From Parachlamydiaceae bacterium (GTDB lineage: Bacteria; Chlamydiota; Chlamydiia; Chlamydiales; Parachlamydiaceae), in assembly GCA_013698165.1 (NCBI GenBank), contig JACCVN010000363.1, positions 1 to 25,977 on the forward strand: a stretch of 25,977 nt of DNA, in the 5' to 3' direction. Of this stretch, positions 1 to 7,880 are shown piece by piece. Positions within the stretch are counted from its first letter, which is position 1, and every line of letters starts with the position of its first letter. The position numbers and the translations under genes are program-made. The notes beneath the pieces were generated by a model. It searched no databases, had not been told where the DNA came from, and was given only the letters and a program-made list of their open reading frames with translations.

Positions 1-338
1 AGTAAAGTCCTTGCAAGTAGGCCTTTGAGTCGGAACGTGGTCTGCAAAAAGTTTGGCATGTCACGTCCAAACTCGGCATTGGAATGCCAAGCTACGTACT
101 GCACGACGTTTTGCTTGTCACGTCCAAGCGACAATAGCGAGCCCAACACGTAGCTTGGCATTCCAATGCCGAGTTTGGAGTGCACAAGTAAAGTCCTTGC
201 ATGTAGGCCTTTGAGTCGGAACATGGTCTGCAAAAAGTTTGGCATGTCACGTCCAAACTCGGCATTGGAATGCCAAGCTACGTGCTGCACGACGTTTTGC
301 TTGTCAAGCCCAAACGACAATAGCGTGTCCCACATGTA
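1..338. repeat. 186-bp-period tandem repeat (1-152 vs 187-338), probably continuing off the left edge
   Basis: Ungapped alignment at offset 186: 3 mismatches over 1-120 vs 187-306 and 10 mismatches over 1-152 vs 187-338. Confidence 0.95.
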
Positions 339-369
339 ATCAACTCGCCGTTGAAATGCCAAGCTACGT
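66..369. repeat. Four copies of a 32-bp palindromic REP-like motif in mixed orientation (66-97 +, 148-179 -, 252-283 +, degenerate 342-369 +)
   Basis: TCCAAACTCGGCATTGGAATGCCAAGCTACGT at 66-97 and 252-283; its exact reverse complement at 148-179; 25/28 match at 342-369. The core reads GTAG + CTTGGCATT-CC-AATGCCGAG (150-173). Confidence 0.85.
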
Positions 370-543
370 TTTGGGAGAGTTAGGTTTTTAGCAAATGTGG
401 TTTTATACTTAATAACTTTTTGGATTCTAAAGACACCACACAAAGTGGTAAAAGATGCCTGCAGTTGATCTTGCATTAAGGCATTGCACATGAATAGCTT
501 GTGAGTTCGATTATTGCTATCTCGCGGCATGCGCTTTAAGTGC

Positions 544-571
544 TTGCGCAAAAAATACTCAACGAGATAAT
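544..571 (+). promoter_or_regulatory. Possible sigma66/sigma70-type promoter for the tRNA pair
   Basis: TTGCGC (544-549), 16 nt, GATAAT (566-571), about 70 nt upstream of tRNA-Glu. Imperfect match. Confidence 0.3.
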
Positions 572-644
572 ATCTAATTTCTCTAGCGATAGAGATTAAA
601 GTTTCGCTGAAGTTAATGAAAAAACTCTTCAAGAACCTTTCTCT

Positions 645-719
645 GGCCCCATCGTCTAGTCTGGTCTAGGACACCGGATTTTCATTCCGATAACTGGGGT
701 TCGAATCCCCATGGGGTCA
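645..719 (+). tRNA. trnE: tRNA-Glu (anticodon TTC), CCA not encoded
   Basis: Acceptor stem GGCCCCA/TGGGGTC, anticodon loop TT-TTC-AT (681-683), T-arm TGGGG-TTCGAAT-CCCCA. Confidence 0.96.
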
Positions 720-724
720 TACAT

Positions 725-798
725 GAGTCTTTAGCTCAGCTGGTTAGAGCACCTCACTTTTAATGAGGGGGTCGATGGTTCGAATCCATCAAGACTCA
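725..798 (+). tRNA. trnK: tRNA-Lys (anticodon TTT), CCA not encoded
   Basis: Acceptor stem GAGTCTT/AAGACTC, D-arm GCTCAGCTGGTTAGAGC, anticodon arm CCTCA-CTTTTAA-TGAGG, T-loop GGTTCGAATCC. Confidence 0.97.
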
Positions 799-833
799 TT
801 TTCCTTCTTTTCAATTTATTGAATAAATTTTTT

Positions 834-869
834 AAATCTGCAGCTATAATTAGCTGCAGATTTTTTTTT
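834..869 (+). terminator. Rho-independent terminator of the tRNA pair
   Basis: Perfect 13-bp stem AAATCTGCAGCTA / TAGCTGCAGATTT with TAAT loop, running into T9 (861-869). It lies between the convergent tRNA and kinase genes. Confidence 0.9.
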
Positions 870-921
870 ACTGAATTTTCCTTCGCAATAAAAAAACTTC
901 TAACCATTTCTAGAGTGTTCT

Positions 922-3000
922 TTATACCATTGGGTATTCAGGAATCTCCAACCCAATTGTTGTAAGTCGAGAAAGGCACTCTTCAGAAGTTGGACGCTTT
1001 TGCCATTCTGAGTTAGTCATCTGATTGATCAGACTCATTAACCCTTCCATTTTAGTGCGATCTTCATCACTGAGATTGGTGTAGTAAGAAGAGATGAATT
1101 CCGATTGGTTCATAGGCCCTTTAAGAGTCGTTCCTCTAGAAGATGGATTAACTATGGGGTATAGCTCTTTAATATTAACTTGTGTTAAAAATAACCTCCA
1201 AGTGACACCTAAGGCATAGACATCTAGACTTGTATTAAATCCTGATACCTCATTGGTTTTTAGTGAATGGCGGCTCATTATAGCTGCATCCTTCTCATTG
1301 AGGAATCCTTTAGTGGTAATTTCATTAGTATTTACATTTGCTAGATGTGCCCCATCGAAATCTGCTATCCCATAACTAATGACCCCATCGTTATTTTTAG
1401 AACAAAAGATATTCGATGGTTTGATATCGTTATGAGCAATGCTTGTTTTTCCCCCTATAGTTGAATGTAAATGCCTTACTCCAAAGCAAGTTTGCGTCAC
1501 AAAATCAAAGCATTCTTTAGGAGATTTATGATTTCTTATGACCTTTATATTTGCATCTCCATGATTATATAAACTCAAAACAGAGAATTTCTTATCGTTA
1601 TCAAAATATTTTGTTCGTTTGACCAGTCCGGGTACATTCACTGGGGAGCCCTGTGGATTAATATACTGATCCTGCATTATCAAATGGCCCTTCCTTGCAA
1701 TAAATCCATCATTAAATGATTTCGGTACTTTTAAGGCTTTGGCCTTTCCAGCTATCGCGTTTCCATTTGCATCTACGGGGCTATAACGGTACACATTTGC
1801 CGTTCCTCCCTCTCCAAGCTTAAGGTCACGCCTATAGCATTTTGTAACTAGTTCGTTTTGTCGTTTTACTTTTTTAACAGTCAGCATTGACCCTTGAGAT
1901 GAATATTCTTCTCTGGCTATTTTATATTGGGAAATAGGTTTTTTGGGGAGCTGTACAAATTCCCGACAAACAAGAAGGTCCCTTAAAAAAGTCAATGGCA
2001 GTACTTTCTCTTTGATGCAGAGGCCTAGATCAACTATTTTTTTACTCTGACTTTTTATTTTAAGGTCAACTAATGGTGCCTTATTCATTTCATTGACATC
2101 GACTTGAGGTTTTTTCCCCGCTACATGGAAATCTAGTTTGGCCAAAACCTTCATAGTTTTGGAAACATCAACGCTAATTGATTTTTTGATTTCGACATTT
2201 TTTACTTCAACTTGGGGTTTATTATCCATCCCAATGAAATCGATTTGAGGAGATTTACCAATTATATGCGAATTAAATTTTGGTAAAGTGTATTTTTCGA
2301 TTACTTCCACTTCAACTAACTGTTTATTTTGTGTGTTTTTTACTTCAACTTGTGGTTCTTTAAGGATTTTTTCTATTTCAATAAAAACGTTTTTAGGAGC
2401 TAAAACTTGGGGGTTTGTACTTATTTTAGTGTTAGGAGTTCCAATAAATCTAGAATCCTCAACAGTTTTTAAGCTACTTTGAGCCTGATTGTTTTTTATA
2501 ATAGATAAAGGAGGCTGCAGATTAGGTGGTGCATTTTGAGCAACGTGTGGTAAAGCTGGGCAGTTGTGATGAAATAAATTAGTATAATCAATGGGTGGCT
2601 TAGATTGTACAAATTTCATTTGACTGGAAACTTTGGCAATTCGATCATAAAGCCATTCTTTTTGGGGGAGTGGGGTGCTGTGCTCCTTAGACCAAATTTT
2701 GGAAATTCTGTGATCAAAAGCTTTTAAAAGTAGGATATTTGATTTAAATCGAATTGATGTTGATTCAGAATTTTGATTATATCCTTCAATTACTTTGTCT
2801 AAATGGGTTGATCTGTAAAATCCAAAAGCTTTTCTTAGAAAAAGTTGAACGCAATTCATTTCTTTAAGGTCCCACCCTTCTTTGGCATTAAAGGAGATCA
2901 TCACCTTTTTTACAAAAAAGCTTTCCTTTTTTCCTAGATTTTGACAGTCGTTTAAAATCATAGTTTGTTTTTCACGAAGGCACGTAGTTAAACTTTGCAT
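922..3000 (-). CDS. Eukaryote-like Ser/Thr protein kinase (C-terminal domain, about aa 393-685) with a long low-complexity/repeat N-terminus; putative effector
   Basis: LGEGGTANVY glycine loop, ALK424, H523-N-D525-IKPSN catalytic loop, D547-F-D, LDVYALG (subdomain IX), KRPTSEECL (XI). GGGA upstream of the ATG. Confidence 0.85.
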   Translation of the reverse strand: MQSLTTCLREKQTMILNDCQNLGKKESFFVKKVMISFNAKEGWDLKEMNCVQLFLRKAFGFYRSTHLDKVIEGYNQNSESTSIRFKSNILLLKAFDHRISKIWSKEHSTPLPQKEWLYDRIAKVSSQMKFVQSKPPIDYTNLFHHNCPALPHVAQNAPPNLQPPLSIIKNNQAQSSLKTVEDSRFIGTPNTKISTNPQVLAPKNVFIEIEKILKEPQVEVKNTQNKQLVEVEVIEKYTLPKFNSHIIGKSPQIDFIGMDNKPQVEVKNVEIKKSISVDVSKTMKVLAKLDFHVAGKKPQVDVNEMNKAPLVDLKIKSQSKKIVDLGLCIKEKVLPLTFLRDLLVCREFVQLPKKPISQYKIAREEYSSQGSMLTVKKVKRQNELVTKCYRRDLKLGEGGTANVYRYSPVDANGNAIAGKAKALKVPKSFNDGFIARKGHLIMQDQYINPQGSPVNVPGLVKRTKYFDNDKKFSVLSLYNHGDANIKVIRNHKSPKECFDFVTQTCFGVRHLHSTIGGKTSIAHNDIKPSNIFCSKNNDGVISYGIADFDGAHLANVNTNEITTKGFLNEKDAAIMSRHSLKTNEVSGFNTSLDVYALGVTWRLFLTQVNIKELYPIVNPSSRGTTLKGPMNQSEFISSYYTNLSDEDRTKMEGLMSLINQMTNSEWQKRPTSEECLSRLTTIGLEIPEYPMV

Positions 3001-3248
3001 GAACAGTCCCTTTTTTAACAGTTTATTAAATATATATAATAATATTTTAACAATATAGAAATTAATTGTAAATAGTAAAGTTTAATAATGTAAAATAACT
3101 ATGTTTTGTTATTAATTAAATTCAAGTGTTTATACTTCTTATGGCTTGCTCGTAATCCTCCTCATTCTCGGTTTTTGACTAGATCGAATAGCAATTTTTT
3201 TTACATTAGTTGTTTCGCGATTGAGGAATATCTACATTTGCGGATTGT

Positions 3249-3315
3249 GATAAGAATAAATATTGACTTGAATTTAAATACTATTTTCAGAGAGAATTGC
3301 ATTGCAAATCAGGCC
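3249..3315. repeat. 67-bp exact direct repeat, copy 1
   Basis: GATAAGAATAAATATTGACTTGAATTTAAATACTATTTTCAGAGAGAATTGCATTGCAAATCAGGCC, identical to 5622-5688. Confidence 0.97.
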
Positions 3316-3343
3316 TAAGGGTTAGGTAAAGATAGCCCTTAAA

Positions 3344-5236
3344 TTAGAATAACTTTCTCCTCAGCTTGGTTTCATTTAAAAATGCATCAAATTGAGCAGC
3401 GGCTTTTATTTCATCGGCCCATAGCCCTGTATGTTCACCGGAAGATTCTATCAATTTATAAATCCGTTTATCTCCCATCTGTGGGTTAGGTAAATTCTTA
3501 ATAAGCTTATGAATTTGTTCTTCAGGAATAACAGTATCCTTTGCAGCTATTACGATGGCAACATTTCCTTGAACATTATGTAGGTTCTCGGAAGTGTTGT
3601 AGTTGACTATTGATGGCATAATGCCCCCGATCAGATTTCTAATAATCGGAAATCTTTCCCTTGCTACTTCACTATAATCAGAAAACGTCCTGTCAAGTAT
3701 TAAATTAGTGCCAGGTCTTCTACTTGCAAGATCTGATGCAGGCCCTCCACCTAAACAATGCCCATGGATGAGGAGATCTTCGTTTTTAACATGGTGCTTA
3801 ATTTGTAGATATTGGTACGCTGTGTCTAAATCGATTTTGGTCCGTGTCTCTGTTGGACTTCCCTCACTTTCACCAAACCCTCTAAAATCGACCATCATCA
3901 CATTTATTCCTCTAATTAGATATGAGGCGGCCAATCCTTTGTAAGCAGCATAACTCATACCTGATCCGGGTGAAATTAACGCCGTAGGTTGTGAAAAATT
4001 TCTGTCCAAATCTGCTTCACTAACTTGGGAGGGCCCTCTGGAAACATTGTCCAATTTATTCCCATTATCCCTTAAAGTTTTCTCAACTTTCGAAGCAAAG
4101 TCTGCATGTGGGGCTGGAATAGCTGCAAGAGGGGTAACTTTAGGAACTTTACCCAATAGAATCACATTACCCCTTACAGTTTTATCATCTTTCGAAATTA
4201 CGCCTGTAGTTTGAATACTGAGACCTAACCCCTTGAGATTAGCTAAAAATTCAGCAGCTTCTTCAATAGGTTGAAGATAAGTCCAACTTATTAACTCGTT
4301 ATTTGGAGACTTTATTTCAGTTCTTGTACAGAATTCAGGTTTAATTGTTAATGTTTGTTGGATAGTTCCATCATCATTTTCTTCTTCATTGACATTGCAA
4401 TACTTTTCAATAGCCATCTTAAAATCTTTTGCATTTAAAAACATCCCATCAAGTTTATCTCCACCGGGGGTTGATAAAGTGACAGGCTGTCCACCAACCG
4501 ATTGTAGTTGAAACTTTGCTTTTTGTATTCTTTCTTGATCGAAGCGCGCTTTTAGATATGAGGCTCCGGGATAAATTAGAGATTTTAATATTCTAACAGT
4601 TAAATCATTTATAATACTTGAGATTTTATTAGATTTATGAATTTGTTGTTCAGGAGGACCATATGCGTATGTAGCTTTAAATACCATTTTATTTATGGGG
4701 ATTCTAATTTCAAGTTGGTTGAGTTCTTTTTGGAGTAAAGATACTTTTGCTTGCGCATGTTCCTTAATACTTGGATTTTTCATTATTTCATTGGTAAGCT
4801 TACGAATCTCCTGGTTAAGAGCTTTAATTTTTTGTGTATCATTGCTTGTTACAGAGGAGGATTTAGGTAAGCGAGTTTTTGCAGAATTGACCTTTAAAAG
4901 TTTATTTAAATTGTTTTCAAAAATTTGATATTCAGCTTTTTTTATTTCTAAGGCTCTTTTCTGCTTTCTTATGCTTGGATCAATAATAGACCTAAGAAGA
5001 TAACTCACTGAATTTAATTTTTTAGACTCTGCATTTATAGACTCCTGAAATTCAGTTTTTTTATTTTTAAGTGCTTGAATATCTTTTGGTGAAATTGGTT
5101 GTCCAAATTTCATTGCAATTTTCATTTCAGTGATGAGGTTGATTATATAGGGATTTGTAAATCTGTTCTTTTTGGTGGGGCTATTAGTGTAATTTGAAAG
5201 TGCCGATGGCTCCTTATAATTATTGTTAACTTCCAT
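3344..5236 (-). CDS. Alpha/beta-hydrolase-fold protein (ABHD-like C-terminal domain) with a coiled-coil-like N-terminus; putative effector
   Basis: GINVMMVDFRGFGESEG, nucleophile elbow GHCLGG (C494), AAKD567TVI, GEH602TG. Lys/Glu/Leu-rich helical N-terminus. Confidence 0.88.
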   Translation of the reverse strand: MEVNNNYKEPSALSNYTNSPTKKNRFTNPYIINLITEMKIAMKFGQPISPKDIQALKNKKTEFQESINAESKKLNSVSYLLRSIIDPSIRKQKRALEIKKAEYQIFENNLNKLLKVNSAKTRLPKSSSVTSNDTQKIKALNQEIRKLTNEIMKNPSIKEHAQAKVSLLQKELNQLEIRIPINKMVFKATYAYGPPEQQIHKSNKISSIINDLTVRILKSLIYPGASYLKARFDQERIQKAKFQLQSVGGQPVTLSTPGGDKLDGMFLNAKDFKMAIEKYCNVNEEENDDGTIQQTLTIKPEFCTRTEIKSPNNELISWTYLQPIEEAAEFLANLKGLGLSIQTTGVISKDDKTVRGNVILLGKVPKVTPLAAIPAPHADFASKVEKTLRDNGNKLDNVSRGPSQVSEADLDRNFSQPTALISPGSGMSYAAYKGLAASYLIRGINVMMVDFRGFGESEGSPTETRTKIDLDTAYQYLQIKHHVKNEDLLIHGHCLGGGPASDLASRRPGTNLILDRTFSDYSEVARERFPIIRNLIGGIMPSIVNYNTSENLHNVQGNVAIVIAAKDTVIPEEQIHKLIKNLPNPQMGDKRIYKLIESSGEHTGLWADEIKAAAQFDAFLNETKLRRKLF

Positions 5237-5621
5237 TTAACCTCGATTGGTTGAGTAAATGTACTACGCAACTGCCTTCTTTAATTATAAGGATTTTTAT
5301 TATAAAAGTGTAAGTATTAAAACTTTAATTATAGATTTTAATGATTATTGAGCCCCTGGGTTTAAGTTGGTTAGAGATGAATAGAGTAAAAGAAAATAAT
5401 TATAAATGGACTAATGGGTTGTTAAAGGTAAATTCGACTTCTATGCCAATTATGTTACTAGGACACCTTATACCTATTTTTTTTGGTACCGAGTCATACA
5501 ATACTCTGCGCTTGGCCGAGCTTGTCCAATCCTTTTTTTAGTCTTTTTTAAGCACTTTATTTACAGACATCCTTTTGGTCCTATACCCTTTTTGTCGTTA
5601 TCCCCCAACTTTGCCACTAGC

Positions 5622-5688
5622 GATAAGAATAAATATTGACTTGAATTTAAATACTATTTTCAGAGAGAATTGCATTGCAAATCAGGCC
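5622..5688. repeat. 67-bp exact direct repeat, copy 2
   Basis: Identical to 3249-3315; offset 2373 bp. Confidence 0.97.
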
Positions 5689-5892
5689 AAGCTATGTGGC
5701 AGAAAGTCGAGCATTTGGCAGGATAAGTGAGCGAGGCTTTTTAGAAGTAACCTATCGGTTAGTTCTGAGTCTTGTGCACCTCACAGCTATATTCAGGGTT
5801 TACTGACTTCTATAGACCGATTTGTCGCTTCACAAATCAGCCTATAGAAGTTAGTAAGCGCTAAATCCATTAATATATTGGTTGGGAGACGA

Positions 5893-7008
5893 ATGGAAAA
5901 AGGAGTTGTATTTAAGAATATTGTAAAGAAGCGTGGAGATACAACAGCTCTTGCAGATGTCTCTTTTTCGATCAAGGGCGGAGAGTTTTTCTCTATTTTA
6001 GGCCCTAGTGGTTGTGGAAAGACGACCCTTTTACGCCTGCTGGCAGGTTTTGATACACCTGATTCAGGTCAGATTTTTCTAGATGGAGTCGATATTACCC
6101 ATCTGCCAGCTAATCGCCGGCCTATCAATACAGTTTTCCAGAATTACGCACTTTTTCCCCATCTGGACATTTGGGAGAATATCGCTTTTGGGCTGCGCAT
6201 CATGAATAAGAGCGAACGCGTTATCAAAGATGAAGTCGGAAAAATGCTTGAACTGATTCAAATGCCCGAACATGCGCATAAAATGCCTGATCAGATCAGT
6301 GGTGGACAAAAGCAAAGAGTGGCCATTGCGCGAGCTCTTGTGAATCATCCACAGGTATTATTGCTCGATGAACCTTTAGCGGCTTTAGATTTGAAGCTGC
6401 GTCAGAAAATGTTACTCGATTTGGACCTCATCCATGATGAAGTAGGCATTACCTTTATTTTTGTTACTCACGATCAATCTGAAGCAATGTCCCTTTCAGA
6501 TCGTATTGCCGTTTTGCATAGGGGACATTTGCAGCAGCTTGGAGCTCCCATGGAGATCTACGAAACTCCTAAAAATCACTTTGTGGCCGATTTTATCGGG
6601 GATACTAACTTTTTTGATGGAAGCATGGCAGAAAAGGTCCAAAACGATTATAGCCTGTTGACATTCGAAGGATTTCCTCCGGTCATTTGCTTTAATGATA
6701 AGCAGCTCGCCGTTGGTGATTTGGTGCATCTTAGCGTTCGGCCTGAAAAGATCCACATTTCCCGAGAAAAGCCTAATACACAATCCTTGCATAATTGTTT
6801 TGAAGGAGTTGTCGACCAAACCGTGTACAAGGGCGACCACACCGATTATATCGTTTTAGTGGCGAATAAGAAAATCTCTCTAACGCAACAGCATAGCCGC
6901 TTTCTATTGGATGAAACGCCAATCCGTTGGAAAGATAAAGTATGGATCTGGTGGCATCCTGATGATGGATATATTCTTGAAAGAGAAAGAGGCAGGGGCG
7001 TTAAGTGA
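5893..7008 (+). CDS. potA: Spermidine/putrescine ABC transporter ATPase
   Basis: GPSGCGKTT Walker A, HLPANRRPINTVFQNYALFPHL, ISGGQKQRVAIARAL, LLLDEPLAALD. ATG 5893 with GGGAGA upstream is preferred over the TTG at 5878. Confidence 0.95.
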   Translation: MEKGVVFKNIVKKRGDTTALADVSFSIKGGEFFSILGPSGCGKTTLLRLLAGFDTPDSGQIFLDGVDITHLPANRRPINTVFQNYALFPHLDIWENIAFGLRIMNKSERVIKDEVGKMLELIQMPEHAHKMPDQISGGQKQRVAIARALVNHPQVLLLDEPLAALDLKLRQKMLLDLDLIHDEVGITFIFVTHDQSEAMSLSDRIAVLHRGHLQQLGAPMEIYETPKNHFVADFIGDTNFFDGSMAEKVQNDYSLLTFEGFPPVICFNDKQLAVGDLVHLSVRPEKIHISREKPNTQSLHNCFEGVVDQTVYKGDHTDYIVLVANKKISLTQQHSRFLLDETPIRWKDKVWIWWHPDDGYILERERGRGVK

Positions 7009-7880
7009 GAGAACGTGGTATGAAATTAAAGGAATATTTGCTGACAGCGCCATCGTTCATTTGGCTGATATTATTCTTCGTGATCCCTTCGGTCATCATA
7101 TTTGCGTATGCTTTTAAGCCTTATGACATTTATGGTGCTGTGGTTAGTGGATGGACACTTAACACGATATGGGAGCTTTTAGATTTAAACCTGTTGGTCT
7201 TGTTGTGGCGGACCTTCTGGCTGAGTGCTTTGGCGACAATTATTTGCCTTTTAGTCGCTTTACCGATGGGATATCAATTAATGACAACGCCAAAAAAATG
7301 GCGCAATCTGTTGTTAATGATGATTATCATTCCTTTTTGGAGCAGCTTTTTGATCCGTATTTTTGCCTGGAAGGCATTGCTTCATCCGGAAGGATTGCTG
7401 CATCAATTGCTTGAATTTATGGGCATAATAGCTCCTGAGACCACCTTATTATACAATTCTTTGACAGTCCTTTTTGTCATGGTTTACAACTTCCTTCCTT
7501 TTGCAGTACTCCCGATTTTTGCGGCGGCATCTAAATTCGATTTTCACCTTCTTGAGGCAGCTATCGATCTCGGAGCAACGCAATTGCAAGCATTTATAAA
7601 GATCTTTATACCCGGAATTCGCAGGGGGCTGACTACGGCTGCAATCATGGTATTTATTCCAGCTGTAGGAACTTACGTTATTCCCGATTTGGTGGGGGGA
7701 ACGAATAGTGAGATGTTAGGAAATAAGATTGCACAGAAGACTTTTGTAGAACGCAACTTACCTCAGGCTAGTGCCCTTTCGGCCATGCTTATTGCAGCCA
7801 TTTTTATCCCGATGTGGTTGATAAACCGCTACTATGAAAAAAGCAAAAAGTTTGAGCTTGAGTCGAGGAATCGCGAATGA
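7005..7880 (+). CDS. potB: Polyamine ABC transporter permease
   Basis: IIPFWSSFLIRIFAW, VYNFLPFAVLPI, LLEAAIDLGA (EAA motif). 4-nt overlap with potA. Confidence 0.93.
   Translation: MRERGMKLKEYLLTAPSFIWLILFFVIPSVIIFAYAFKPYDIYGAVVSGWTLNTIWELLDLNLLVLLWRTFWLSALATIICLLVALPMGYQLMTTPKKWRNLLLMMIIIPFWSSFLIRIFAWKALLHPEGLLHQLLEFMGIIAPETTLLYNSLTVLFVMVYNFLPFAVLPIFAAASKFDFHLLEAAIDLGATQLQAFIKIFIPGIRRGLTTAAIMVFIPAVGTYVIPDLVGGTNSEMLGNKIAQKTFVERNLPQASALSAMLIAAIFIPMWLINRYYEKSKKFELESRNRE

Noticed and set aside
66-369. CRISPR array interpretation of the 32-bp palindromic repeat
   Set aside because: Copies alternate in orientation, the spacers are long (50, 72, 58 bp) and are themselves duplicated, and no cas genes are in view.
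674-690. C-A mismatch at the top of the tRNA-Glu anticodon stem
   Set aside because: It is a single terminal mismatch in an otherwise canonical tRNA with intact T-arm pairing; no reason to call it a pseudogene.
3106-3318. 70-aa ORF overlapping direct-repeat copy 1 (also 5341-5541, 5793-5975, 9701-9895)
   Set aside because: No SD or recognisable motifs, AT-rich intergenic composition, and they overlap promoter-like or repeat sequence. Treated as chance ORFs.
645-5890. Classical tRNA-integrated prophage or ICE
   Set aside because: No integrase, and no duplicated tRNA 3' end (attR) was found by eye downstream of the islet.
5878-5892. TTG start of potA at 5878 (and ATG 9884 for the membrane protein)
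   Set aside because: Downstream in-frame ATGs at 5893 and 9914 have clear SD sequences and give more typical N-termini.
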